Made by a program: the position numbers and the translations under genes. A stretch of DNA of 46,227 bases. It comes from Octopus bimaculoides. Taxonomy: Eukaryota. Below the pieces are notes generated by a model that was not told the origin of the DNA, made no database searches, and worked only from the letters and a program-made list of their open reading frames with translations. Positions 1 through 13,433 of the stretch are shown piece by piece (position 1 is the stretch's first letter; each line of letters starts with the position of its first letter). The DNA is taken from NCBI RefSeq assembly GCF_001194135.2, contig NC_068986.1, forward strand, positions 33,893,850-33,940,076, read 5' to 3'.

Positions 1-90
1 CTAAGAAACTTTTTGTCAATATAAAAATTACATCTTGAATTTCCTGTCCAACGCTTCAATATTCATGTTCATATACATACAAACACCTAC

Positions 91-91
91 A

Positions 92-129
<38 letters not shown>

Positions 130-346
130 ACACACACACACACAACACACTCACACGCACGCATACACATACACACGTACATATATACAGATGAATATGT
201 ATGTGTTTCTCTATATATGTATATGAATGCATAATTGTATGGCTGTATGTATATATGGAGATTTATATATCTATACATACATACACACATACATAAAAAC
301 AAAGATAAATATGTGCATATATGTGTGTATGTATGCGTATGTATAT
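91..346. repeat. compound (CA)n/(TA)n microsatellite running into an assembly gap
   Basis: Direct: CA and TA dinucleotide tracts, followed by an N-run at 347-939. Confidence 0.95.
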
Positions 347-939
347 NNNNNNNNNNNNNNNNNNNNNNNNNNNNNNNNNNNNNNNNNNNNNNNNNNNNNN
401 NNNNNNNNNNNNNNNNNNNNNNNNNNNNNNNNNNNNNNNNNNNNNNNNNNNNNNNNNNNNNNNNNNNNNNNNNNNNNNNNNNNNNNNNNNNNNNNNNNNN
501 NNNNNNNNNNNNNNNNNNNNNNNNNNNNNNNNNNNNNNNNNNNNNNNNNNNNNNNNNNNNNNNNNNNNNNNNNNNNNNNNNNNNNNNNNNNNNNNNNNNN
601 NNNNNNNNNNNNNNNNNNNNNNNNNNNNNNNNNNNNNNNNNNNNNNNNNNNNNNNNNNNNNNNNNNNNNNNNNNNNNNNNNNNNNNNNNNNNNNNNNNNN
701 NNNNNNNNNNNNNNNNNNNNNNNNNNNNNNNNNNNNNNNNNNNNNNNNNNNNNNNNNNNNNNNNNNNNNNNNNNNNNNNNNNNNNNNNNNNNNNNNNNNN
801 NNNNNNNNNNNNNNNNNNNNNNNNNNNNNNNNNNNNNNNNNNNNNNNNNNNNNNNNNNNNNNNNNNNNNNNNNNNNNNNNNNNNNNNNNNNNNNNNNNNN
901 NNNNNNNNNNNNNNNNNNNNNNNNNNNNNNNNNNNNNNN

Positions 940-1110
940 GGTGGTGGTGGTGGCGGTGGTAGTGTCGACGGCAGTGGTGGTGGTGGTGGTCGTCGTTGTC
1001 GTCGTCGTAGGCGGTGGGTGTTGCAACTTGTAATAGTTGTACTTATAGTTGTATATTTGTAGTTGTAATTTGTGGTTTGTGCACTTTGGGGCGATTGTTG
1101 TAGTAGAGGT
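940..1110. repeat. degenerate (GGT)/(GTC)/(GTT) trinucleotide low-complexity tract
   Basis: Direct: ggtggtggt, gtcgtcgt and gttgtagtt periodicity. Confidence 0.85.
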
Positions 1111-1204
1111 ATTGGTTAAAGTGTTCGTTATGGTGATTTTCGAATCAAAATCGCAAATTTTACTCTCAGACTATCAAATACATAGAAAGGTAGACCAACA
1201 AACG

Positions 1205-1279
<75 letters not shown>

Positions 1280-1303
1280 TGATTGATTGATTGATTGATT
1301 GAT
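1205..1303. repeat. (GATA)n grading into (GATT)n tetranucleotide microsatellite
   Basis: Direct reading of the tract. Confidence 0.95.
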
Positions 1304-1654
1304 TTACATGCAATAGTAAATAAGAGGGAGTTTTATGGAATACTCAATATTAAAACTAGAGTAATGTAATTTATTGGAGCCTTCACTGTCACAAACCAAT
1401 AATCTGAGTTTCTTGATCACGATCTTTGGATGAAGATGAGAAATGTGAAAGACGGGAATTTGTATGATTTTAGCAGCCAACAAATGACACACTGAAACAC
1501 TCATACCCACACACCAATAAGTATAAGGATGTGTGTCTGTGAGAGAGAGAGGGGGAGAGAGAGAGTATTCTAATGAATTAAAAGAAGATAAAGCTCCATC
1601 CCATGTCATATAAACTCATACCGTCAGTTTCTCGCATTCTCTGGTGTATATATT

Positions 1655-1812
1655 CGCCATTGGACGGTCCTTTTTGCCTGCGGAGCGCATCGGAACAACA
1701 TGAAATGGAGTGTTTTGCTGAAGAAAAAAACGTATTGCTCGGTTCAGAAATCGAAACAACAATTTTACAACCATGAGCACAACACCTTAACCACTAAGCA
1801 ACGCCTCTCCAC
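1655..1812 (-). mobile_element. tRNA-derived SINE family B, diverged 5' part
   Basis: Reverse complement reads gtggagaggcgttgcttagtggttaaggtgttg...ttgtttcgatttctgaacc...cttcagcaaaacactccatttcatgttg, with A/B-box-like motifs. It is homologous to the copy at 30488-30612. Confidence 0.75.
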
Positions 1813-1819
1813 ATTCTTA

Positions 1820-1820
<1 letters not shown>

Positions 1821-1860
<40 letters not shown>

Positions 1861-1982
1861 TTCACACACATACATACATACATACATATATACATACATA
1901 CACACACATAGATATATACACACTCTTGTGTGGAAATACATTTATACACCAATATTCATATACACGTATTCAAAAGCAAAAG

Positions 1983-2072
<90 letters not shown>

Positions 2073-2166
2073 CGAATTCTCCCTATATATATATACTTAC
2101 ATGCACATATACATACATATATATATATATATACACGCACAAATATACATCTACTGTGATACATAC

Positions 2167-2248
<82 letters not shown>

Positions 2249-2270
2249 GTGTGGGTGTACACACACACAC
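1821..2270. repeat. compound CA/TA/TG microsatellite field with a short internal duplication
   Basis: Direct. The motif caccaatattcatatac(a/g)cgtattcaaa occurs twice, near 1948 and near 2269. Confidence 0.9.
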
Positions 2271-2624
2271 CAATATTCATATACGCGTATTCAAATTCAA
2301 AAGCGTATATGCGCACAGAGCAAACGTATGTTTGTTCGAATATGTCTGCATGTGTCTTTTCTGACTTCTTGTCTCATAACATCTGCCCCCTCCCCCTACC
2401 AACTACTTATGTTTGTGTGAAGTGTTATTATCGATTCCTTTTTTGGCCACAAGACAATGTGTCTCATCACACGTGAAATGACGTGATGTGCAGCGATACT
2501 CACCTGAAGCATGGTGCGTCCAGTGATGGTTAATTGGCGCTATGTGGGCTCTGCGGTTTAATTTAGTCACCAGCTTTGGGGTAGAGCAATTCGATAACAC
2601 ACAGATACGTACACNNNNNNNNNN

Positions 2625-2656
<32 letters not shown>

Positions 2657-2876
2657 ATGTGAGTGAGTTTAAATACGTGTGTGCGCTCGTGTGGGGGGAC
2701 ATCTGTTTGCATGAGTATGTATGTATGTATGTATGTATGTGTGTATGTGTACGTGTGTGAGGGTATGTATGTGGAGGAAGCAGGTTATCACGCATGCACA
2801 TAGACACCGAGTAAATGGATTTTTATTGGTTTCCAAATGAGATATAGATGGAACGATGTTCTTTCCTGTACATATA

Positions 2877-2911
<35 letters not shown>

Positions 2912-4029
2912 NNNNNNNNNNNNNNNNNNNNNNNNNNNNNNNNNNNNNNNNNNNNNNNNNNNNNNNNNNNNNNNNNNNNNNNNNNNNNNNNNNNNNNNNN
3001 NNNNNNNNNNNNNNNNNNNNNNNNNNNNNNNNNNNNNNNNNNNNNNNNNNNNNNNNNNNNNNNNNNNNNNNNNNNNNNNNNNNNNNNNNNNNNNNNNNNN
3101 NNNNNNNNNNNNNNNNNNNNNNNNNNNNNNNNNNNNNNNNNNNNNNNNNNNNNNNNNNNNNNNNNNNNNNNNNNNNNNNNNNNNNNNNNNNNNNNNNNNN
3201 NNNNNNNNNNNNNNNNNNNNNNNNNNNNNNNNNNNNNNNNNNNNNNNNNNNNNNNNNNNNNNNNNNNNNNNNNNNNNNNNNNNNNNNNNNNNNNNNNNNN
3301 NNNNNNNNNNNNNNNNNNNNNNNNNNNNNNNNNNNNNNNNNNNNNNNNNNNNNNNNNNNNNNNNNNNNNNNNNNNNNNNNNNNNNNNNNNNNNNNNNNNN
3401 NNNNNNNNNNNNNNNNNNNNNNNNNNNNNNNNNNNNNNNNNNNNNNNNNNNNNNNNNNNNNNNNNNNNNNNNNNNNNNNNNNNNNNNNNNNNNNNNNNNN
3501 NNNNNNNNNNNNNNNNNNNNNNNNNNNNNNNNNNNNNNNNNNNNNNNNNNNNNNNNNNNNNNNNNNNNNNNNNNNNNNNNNNNNNNNNNNNNNNNNNNNN
3601 NNNNNNNNNNNNNNNNNNNNNNNNNNNNNNNNNNNNNNNNNNNNNNNNNNNNNNNNNNNNNNNNNNNNNNNNNNNNNNNNNNNNNNNNNNNNNNNNNNNN
3701 NNNNNNNNNNNNNNNNNNNNNNNNNNNNNNNNNNNNNNNNNNNNNNNNNNNNNNNNNNNNNNNNNNNNNNNNNNNNNNNNNNNNNNNNNNNNNNNNNNNN
3801 NNNNNNNNNNNNNNNNNNNNNNNNNNNNNNNNNNNNNNNNNNNNTATATATATATAGCTCGATTCTGTATCACATAACATGATTTATTTACAGTCGCCAA
3901 GTTGCTTGTCATGAGCCGAATGTGTATAGGAAATCTAATAAATGAGGCTCCGAGATAATTACTGGGTTTGTGATTTCAGTTTGCTTGAAATAGCTTTAAC
4001 CTCTTACTTACCAGCTGGATTATAAAGTA

Positions 4030-4400
4030 TTAACATCAAAAATGATGATTGAGTAAAAGCCTTCAACTGCAACAGCGAAAGGAGTGGTCAAAATTTGAAA
4101 CAAGCAGACGATACTGTTTTCTTTTTAGAAGAATCGGTTGAGTCGTTAGTATTTCAAATAGAATGCCACGCGGTGTCTGTTCGAATGCTCTATGCTCTGT
4201 GTTCGAACACTGCCGGACGTCAACACTGCATTTCGTTCTTTTCGATAGAAAAGTATCAGTCCAGTATGATGAATATGCAGAGCTATTCGAACAATCAGAA
4301 CAAAATGCCTTGTAGTACTTGTTCTGGCCCTTTGTGTCCTGATAGGCAATACCTGCATCGATACCATTACCAAAGTCGGTGCAGAGAGAGAAGACTTGTA
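4030..4400 (+). pseudogene. decayed RTE-type LINE reverse transcriptase fragment
   Basis: Translation ...KGVVKI / NLKQADDTVFFLEESVESL resembles the RTE RT motif NNLRYADDTxL(A)ESEEEL. Downstream frames are broken. Motif recognition only. Confidence 0.45.
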
Positions 4401-4446
4401 TGTATAGATATACGGCCAGTCTTCCACTGGTACAAATGGTTAATGG

Positions 4447-4826
4447 TTGGCCCTCCGTCGGTTACGACGACGAGGGTTCCAGTTGATCCAATCAACGGAA
4501 CAGCCTGCTCGTGAAATTAACGAGCAAGTGGCTGAGCACTCCACAGACACGTGTACCCTTAACGTAGTTCTCGGGGATATTCAGCATGACACAGTGTGAC
4601 AAGGTTGACCCTTTGAATTACAGGCACAACAGAAGCAAGAAGTAAGAGTGAGAGAAAGTTGTGGTGAAAGAGTACAGCAAGGTTCGCCATCACCCCCTGC
4701 CGGAGCATCGTGGAGATTTGGGTGTTTTCGCTCAATAAACACTCACAACGCCCGGTCTGGAAATCGAAACCGCGATCCTACGACTGCGAGTCTGCTGTCC
4801 TAACCACTGGGCCAATGCACCTCCAC
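4447..4826 (-). mobile_element. full-length tRNA(Arg-like)-derived SINE family A
   Basis: Minus-strand head gtggaggtgcattggcccagtggttagg...gactcgcagtc...ggtttcgatttcc carries A and B boxes. The body matches 12705-12921 and 37834-38022. The 3' end reads ggaaccctcgtcgtcgtaaccgacggagggccaa. Confidence 0.9.
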
Positions 4827-4875
4827 GCTGGTACAAATACATAGCCATGATCAACGAAGGCCCATGAAGCAAGAT

Positions 4876-5090
4876 ATTGGTTTCAAATTTCGGTACTAGG
4901 GCACCAGTTTGAGAGGAGGGTGTGAGTGGATTATATCTACCCCCAGTGCTCAACTGTTATTTGTTTTATCGACCCAGAAAGAACGAAGATCAAAGTCAGC
5001 GTCAGTGGAATTTGAACACACAATGTAATAACGGACGAAATGCCTCTAAACATTTTGTCCAGCATACTAACGAATCAACCTGCTCGACAC
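4876..5090 (-). mobile_element. SINE family C, diverged copy
   Basis: Colinear with the better copies at 16045-16492 (tttatcgaccc..aaag..aaagtc...ggaatttgaac). Confidence 0.75.
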
Positions 5091-5211
5091 TTTCCCATAG
5101 AACAAAATATTAGGAGTATATATATAGACGATTGTTTGCCGGAGTCGTTAGAGAATCGAATAGAATGCTCTCTAATACAACTACATGAATTCTAAGTGTA
5201 TTGTTCATTAC

Positions 5212-5345
5212 AAGGAGCTAGTGGTTTGAGCGTTTGGCTAACGATCATAAAGGTTGTGAGTTCAATTCCTGGATTGGTGATTCGTTGTTTCCTTAACCGA
5301 GCACACCACTTTATATATCGTTACTACATTCTACTCAGCTGTGTT
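5212..5345 (+). mobile_element. old tRNA-derived SINE head (family B-like)
   Basis: ctagtggtt...gagttcaattcc gives A/B-box spacing, followed by a ttgtttccttaaccgagcacaccacttt body-like stretch. Confidence 0.5.
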
Positions 5346-6967
5346 AAGAACCAGTCAATTGTTAGTGCAGTCATTTTCTCCACCAGCTGTCACACTTTAG
5401 GTGATCCGTTAAGTCAATCGAAAAGGGAAGAAGACGTCAGGATGTTTGTGTCGCTGGGGACCCCACAGACACCTAAAACAATTAGCGAAAGCATGACACA
5501 AGCTACCAAGCCTTACTCACTCGCGACTTAGTGACGGGTGGCTGGCTTAATATAGTGAAAACTCTAAGTACCCAGAAAACTTTAGTCGATTTTATGTTCC
5601 AGAAGTTTCATATCTCTCTTGGCAAATTTTTTTTGGAAAGGATTTAAACCAAAAAAAAAAAGAAAAGAAAAGAAACACACTTTCTCATTGACGTCATTGG
5701 AATTGATCATCTGTTAATGGCTGTTCAATAGTGACAGTTCATATAATTGACGATTTATTACACAAGTGTGTTGGATAAATAAATAAATATCCTTAAGATG
5801 TTATACAATAGTTCAAAATGAGATTTATACACGTTGTCCTTATCCAATTATATATAATTTTTATAATATATACAAACACTAATTTTTGCCTCTTTTTTTT
5901 TGTTCGTTTTTGATTTGTTTTGTCTTGTTTTCATCAAAGAAGTTTATTCAACTATTCATTGTGTCTACAAGTCCTGGTTACACGTCAAAGATGTCTAGAT
6001 GTTAAATAGATTATCCAAACACCTGAGCTCTGCCTCTTGGTATACTTTCAAAAACAAAACAACATTTGAAATATAGACAGAAATATAGGTATTTCTGGAT
6101 AACGCGCTTTCGTATCGTTTTCATACTTTAGGTTGTGTTATAATAAAGCACAAGAAAAACTGAAGTTAGGTGTTAACCAGTTGTATTTTAATCTAGGTCA
6201 ACTCGGGAACACTTTAATGCATATGAACAATTAATCTCAGAAGCACTAGAACATACATATATTTATGAAAAGTAACGATAGATATGTACAATTAGATGAG
6301 CTGAGGTATGAATAAAAGTCATTATTGTGAGTTGTTAAAGAGATTCAAAAGCATACTGGTTTCGTAATGTTACTAATCATTGCTTTGAATGGACACCGAA
6401 TATATATATGCATATATNNNNNNNNNNNNNNNNNNNNNNNNNNNNNNNNNNNNNNNNNNNNNNNNNNNNNNNNNNNNNNNNNNNNNNNNNNNNNNNNNNN
6501 NNNNNNNNNNNNNNNNNNNNNNNNNNNNNNNNNNNNNNNNNNNNNNNNNNNNNNNNNNNNNNNNNNNNNNNNNNNNNNNNNNNNNNNNNNNNNNNNNNNN
6601 NNNNNNNNNNNNNNNNNNNNNNNNNNNNNNNNNNNNNNNNNNNNNNNNNNNNNNNNNNNNNNNNNNNNNNNNNNNNNNNNNNNNNNNNNNNNNNNNNNNN
6701 NNNNNNNNNNNNNNNNNNNNNNNNNNNNNNNNNNNNNNNNNNNNNNNNNNNNNNNNNNNNNNNNNNNNNNNNNNNNNNNNNNNNNNNNACAACTTGTGAC
6801 AGATTTCAGTCAATTCTTTTTTCAGGAACTTTTCATGGAGCAACACTAATAACATGATTGCATCGTAACGATTTAGTTAAACGTAAATACCACTCGAATA
6901 TTGTTTGTTTTTGTTTTGTTGTTTTCAAAAATGTCCATTCTTCTTTTTTCCGTTTAATCATTGTTTC

Positions 6968-7088
6968 CGTTAGAGAGTCAGAAAAAATCCATTACGGTAT
7001 TAGTTTTTGCACTTTTCATTCTGAGTTCAAAACCCATCTAGGTCGGCTTTGCCTTTCATTCTTTCGGAGTCGATAAAATTACCGTATT
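6968..7088 (+). mobile_element. SINE family C, diverged fragment
   Basis: ttctgagttcaaaaccc...ggtcggctttgcctttcattctttcggagtcgataaaa matches the family C core. Confidence 0.75.
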
Positions 7089-8355
7089 TAACAACGTATA
7101 AGACGTGCTTTTTTAAGCGTATCAAAAAATTATCCGGCGTCTAATGTGTCCGTATTACGAACGCAGATCAAGAGTTGTGGGAGAGAGAGCTGGATAAGTA
7201 TAAGTCCATAAGGCACAATAATTGTTACTAATTATAATATATTGGAAGTAAACCATCTTGGTGACCGATCGCAGCAACACAAAGCATCATAGCCGAAAAT
7301 AGGAGCTTTACTGTATGGCGATTCTCTAGTCCAAAATATATAAAAAATACTATAGAGTTGATCTGAAAGAAAATAAAGCTGAAATACAGTACTCATATAA
7401 CGTATTTTATATGTAAGAAATTTATAGTTTCATGCTTCATTCCAGTATACTGTCACAGCATTATATTTACATGCAAAGAATTACACACTTGCCCTGACAA
7501 AAAACACTTTAAAATATCATTCAGCATTAATATGACGAAACATACTAAATCTGAATTTTTTCCCCCACAATATATGCTTGTAAAATATGAGTGTGCCTAA
7601 TGCCAGAATGCATCTTATACGCCGGTAAATAAGTCAAGTAATAGCGAAGTAGTGGGGTCAATAGAATCGATTAAACTCCACCTCTTCAAATTTGCTGGAC
7701 TTGTGCCTAAATCAGAAACCATTACTGTTGTTACGGTTACACAAATGGCGCCATCAGAAATTATATATTTTTCTCTCTTTTCATACACACTTGTTGAAAT
7801 TTTATATTCTGATATATACGCTAAGAAGAATGCAAAAACGAAGATAACGTGAATACGAGCAAAACAAATAAATAATAAATAAAAATAGAAATAAAAATAA
7901 CAGGAAAATTAAGCATAGGCGGGGGGAAATAATTCGAAAAATACGAAAGCCAAAAATCACCGGCAAGAACGAAAGCTCACTTTTCTTGAGTAAGTCATCA
8001 GCTTAGACTTTTTCTTACAAGTGTCTTTTGCTTATACAACCACAACTATGAACGGATTTCACTGAAAGCACTATCATTCTATGCTTTATTCTCCAGACCA
8101 CAAAAGAATACTGGTTTTGCTTGGCTTGGCATGGTTCAGTTTTCCTGTTTGTTTGTTTGTTAAATCATCGTCTTTGCCAACCAGCCTCAAACTATTTATG
8201 CCAGCTTTTGACATGGTTTTTTACGCTTTACTGAACTCTATTGTAATACTCCCTTTTGTCTGCTGTTTCATTTTCTTTATATTGACAAGTTCAAACGAAG
8301 AACTAATATATACAGTCTCGGCGTACGTAGTAATTGCCTCGTTTACGTTTCTCAT

Positions 8356-9080
<725 letters not shown>

Positions 9081-9629
9081 AGACCCACACTCCCTGGAAC
9101 CCACACTACCATACATGCGAACAGCAAATTCATCCGATATCCGTATCACTACTAGATAAAAACTAGGTCTAAAGACATGAGATCAGCAAACATAGCTAGA
9201 AGCTAACAATGCTAACGATCTATAGACGCAGTGTAAACTTTTTTTTCTTAAGCATACATACAACATGGAAATCACAGACATAAACCAAACATAGGTAAAT
9301 CACTGGAGAAAACGAGTCGACCATGGAATTTTCGACATCGTCGCCGGCGCCAAACCTGCTTGAAATAACAGCTAAATCGGCTTCAAATTACTTCTGAGTG
9401 TTTTGAAAGAAAATGAAGGATGAATTGGAAATTGTTTTTTGTTGTGTAATAGAACAGGAAGTGAAAATATTGTGTGATCATACTCGGAATGGATTTCAAC
9501 GATCCGTTGCTCGAAATCCGGCATGGTCGCCACCAGAGGTGCTTGAAACAGCAGCTAAACCTGCTTCGAAAATTATTGTCCTGAAAGAAAAATTATACTT
9601 CCACTCGAACCACCATTAGTGCAGTAGCG

Positions 9630-9801
9630 CAGTGCTCCGCAACCGTTTTTCTCTTGCAGTACACCTATGTTCTTTTCAAAATTCGGTTTCCCACCTGAAC
9701 TAAAAGTATAATTAATAGTATAGGGAAATAAATTAATTTCAGGTTAGTCTGCGGCATACCTAGCATCGTCTCGTGGAACACCACTGTGCCGCGGCACACT
9801 G
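9630..9801. mobile_element. probable hAT-type MITE relic
   Basis: Starts cagtgctccgcaacc and ends gtgccgcggcacactg. The 8-bp flanks cagtagcg / ctctagca match 5/8 and resemble the hAT/Charlie NTCTAGAN target. Confidence 0.4.
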
Positions 9802-10284
9802 CTCTAGCATGATGACCATTTTGTACTTGCTACATAAAAGCCTTTTTTTTCTGTTCTTCATATTTTTCTTTTACTTTCTAGATAATCCCTACCGAACCTA
9901 GTAAACACTGCACCCACTGTCTGATTAGATCAAATTTTCCAAAGTTTATCTTCGTATTCTTTGCTACTGTTCCCATTTTTCCAATAATAACTGGAAAGAC
10001 CAGGACCTTGGTAACTTGGTAACTTGTCTGTTCCAGTGGCTGAAGATTTCATAGCTGAAGTCAGTTATTATTCTTTACTTTTCTTTTTCCCTTCTTTTTT
10101 CTTTTTCTTTTCCTTTGTTTTTCTTTTTACTATGGCACCAAATGAGCATGGTGTGTTGATTACAGTACATTAGGTTCTAAAATTTCCCTCCCTACAAAAT
10201 GATCATAACGCCTTTCTCTGTCTCCAATACAAAATTTCTTGCATAAATTCCAATGTTAATTGTTGTAATCCCATCATTCCTACA

Positions 10285-10326
<42 letters not shown>

Positions 10327-10888
10327 TTCTAAGCTCTCGGTGGGCATTCCAATAAAATGTGGGTCTTTGCAAACTGGTCTGTATGATTCGCATAAAACTT
10401 CAGACACTCGAATTGTGGAACATCGAGTACAGTATTACATGGTTTTTCCTCTTTTTAAAGATAACTTGGTATGCAGTGTAAACATTATTATTCATTTAAC
10501 CTCGCCGTGGAAAGTACAGCAAGTAGATAGACCACACGTTTCGTTCCACCTCAGTTTCTATACACTATAAAAAATCATTTTCTCTTTTCACAAACTCCTT
10601 TTAGCTTATCTAAAAATCTGGGGGTTTTCTATATGATTGATTCAAATACTTGTTCTGTGTTACATTTTGATTATTTCTCACAAGCTTTTTCTGATCAGTA
10701 CCGTTTATATCATAAGCGAGATACTCTTTGTATCCTAACACCAGTTTGTGCGATAATATCGGACTCTTTAGCTTAACAACTTTCCTTATTTATGCACATA
10801 TGATTCTATGTTGTGGTTTTCCTATCATCATGGACATATTTTACCATATATATGGGTGTCGTCATACTTTCTATTTTTATGCTTTGTT

Positions 10889-10979
<91 letters not shown>

Positions 10980-12704
10980 CTCTTGCTCTCTCTTGTCTTA
11001 GAAAGAACTTTTTCTCCACCCTTTCCCTTCCNNNNNNNNNNNNNNNNNNNNNNNNNNNNNNNNNNNNNNNNNNNNNNNNNNNNNNNNNNNNNNNNNNNNN
11101 NNNNNNNNNNNNNNNNNNNNNNNNNNNNNNNNNNNNNNNNNNNNNNNNNNNNNNNNNNNNNNNNNNNNNNNNNNNNNNNNNNNNNNNNNNNNNNNNNNNN
11201 NNNNNNNNNNNNNNNNNNNNNNNNNNNNNNNNNNNNNNNNNNNNNNNNNNNNNNNNNNNNNNNNNNNNNNNNNNNNNNNNNNNNNNNNNNNNNNNNNNNN
11301 NNNNNNNNNNNNNNNNNNNNNNNNNNNNNNNNNNNNNNNNNNNNNNNNNNNNNNNNNNNNNNNNNNNNNNNNNNNNNNNNNNNNNNNNNNNNNNNNNNNN
11401 NNNNNNNNNNNNNNNNNNNNNNNNNNNNNNNNNNNNNNNNNNNNNNNNNNNNNNNNNNNNNNNNNNNNNNNNNNNNNNNNNNNNNNNNNNNNNNNNNNNN
11501 NNNNNNNNNNNNNNNNNNNNNNNNNNNNNNNNNNNNNNNNNNNNNNNNNNNNNNNNNNNNNNNNNNNNNNNNNNNNNNNNNNNNNNNNNNNNNNNNNNNN
11601 NNNNNNNNNNNNNNNNNNNNNNNNNNNNNNNNNNNNNNNNNNNNNNNNNNNNNNNNNNNNNNNNNNNNNNNNNNNNNNNNNNNNNNNNNNNNNNNNNNNN
11701 NNNNNNNNNNNNNNNNNNNNNNNNNNNNNNNNNNNNNNNNNNNNNNNNNNNNNNNNNNNNNNNNNNNNNNNNNNNNNNNNNNNNNNNNNNNNNNNNNNNN
11801 NNNNNNNNNNNNNNNNNNNNNNNNNNNNNNNNNNNNNNNNNNNNNNNNNNNNNNNNNNNNNNNNNNNNNNNNNNNNNNNNNNNNNNNNNNNNNNNNNNNN
11901 NNNNNNNNNNNNNNNNNNNNNNNNNNNNNNNNNNNNNNNNNNNNNNNNNNNNNNNNNNNNNNNNNNNNNNNNNNNNNNNNNNNNNATATATATATATATA
12001 TATATATATATAACTTGCTCTTCTAGGTTATATTCAGTACACAGATATATACGTATATTTGAAGTAAAACATGTAATCACTATTTTAATTCGCATTAAAA
12101 CCTTCGTCAGAACCTGCATTTTTAAACAAAAGAAAATTCAATTCAATTCAGTTTCTTGAAATAAAACTATTTAAACTTGAGAACGTCTCGATTATTAGAT
12201 GCCATAAAATGTTCAGACAAATCAATCACGAAATCTTTAATTCAGAACACTAAAAGTTTCCTGACATTCGCTGTTGTATGAATACGAGATTTATTATTTG
12301 AAATATCGCAAAAGCGGCCATAGTAATCTTGTCACATCTCCCGAGAGTCTCTTAAGAAACCACAAAATGTTAATACAACCACAGAACACAATAAATTAAG
12401 ATATGCATTGTTTCTGAAGCTGAAAACAGTGCCATAACAGAACGTCATGCATATTATATTATGCTGTAGTTGTTGAGTTCGGTTGAAGTGCGTTCAAAGT
12501 AGAATTTTCTTATTCTAAATACACTAGTTGATGACATTTAAATATTGTGTGATTTAAGAGAGGAAATGATAAAGAATTAAGAATGTTATGCGACGTCTTA
12601 AAAGTAGAATTAGTGAATGAAGAGTTTAACCCGACTAGGCCTCAATACTGCTTTCAATACTGGTACCTTAGTTCTGTTATTTTAACGGAATATAATGGCA
12701 AGCA

Positions 12705-12921
12705 GTGGAGGCGCAATGGCCCAGTGGTTAGGGCAGCGGACTCGCGGTCATAGGATCGCGGTTTCGATTCCCAGACCGGGCGTTGTGAGTGTTTATTACG
12801 TGAAAACACCTAAAGCTCCACGAGGCTTCGGCAGGGGATGGTGGCGGACCTTGCTGTACTTTTCCACCACAACTTTCTCCCACTCTTACTTGCTGTTTCT
12901 GTTGTGCCTATAATTCAAAGG
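12705..12921 (+). mobile_element. SINE family A, 3'-truncated
   Basis: gtggaggcgcaatggcccagtggttagggcagcggactcgcggtcataggatcgcggtttcgattccc has A box TGGCCCAGTGG and B box GGTTTCGATTCC. The body matches the 4447-4826 copy. Confidence 0.9.
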
Positions 12922-13433
12922 TGCGATTCATTCGTTACTCATAGCTCCGACAGAAATTAATTTCTTGCAAGTGATTTATTAATCGTTTATATTTTCTTAT
13001 AGTAGCTTGTACCTCTTTGCATAGACTAGTGCCTTTCTATGTTAAATTTCTATAGAGATTGCTAAATCAGGCAAAGATCTATATGATGAAATTATATTAG
13101 ATCTTGTTGAACCGTTTGTCATGTTTTGTCTTTGCTCGCTGATAACACAATGTCCTAAGCATATTCTAATCCCGTAAGATGTGGTAAGAATAATAAGTTT
13201 TGTATCTGACTTAAATACATTTCAGGAAAATTTCATGAGCTCTGTATTCCCCCGGCGCCTACCATAGCGTCCCTTTGACATTCGCAGCCCCGCTGGGAGC
13301 TCTCAAAGCCCCAGTAGGGAGAGCTATCACTCAGTTCAAATGCCAGTGATCTAGACTAATCAGACGTAGTTGATTCTTAGCTAAATTAGTAAAATTTCAA
13401 ATAGAAAAGTTTGTTACAAAACGGTAAATTTTA

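Noticed and set aside
4050-4460. About 135-codon open frame on the minus strand (GIAYQDTKGQNKYYKAF...)
   Set aside because: It has no clear start or splice signals and is antisense to the better-supported RT-like frame.
5689-5696. Perfect CRE palindrome TGACGTCA
   Set aside because: A single 8-mer with no promoter context cannot support a regulatory call.
12709-12782. tRNA-Arg(TCG)-like sequence
   Set aside because: It has A/B boxes but no proper acceptor stem, and it continues into a SINE body shared with two other copies.
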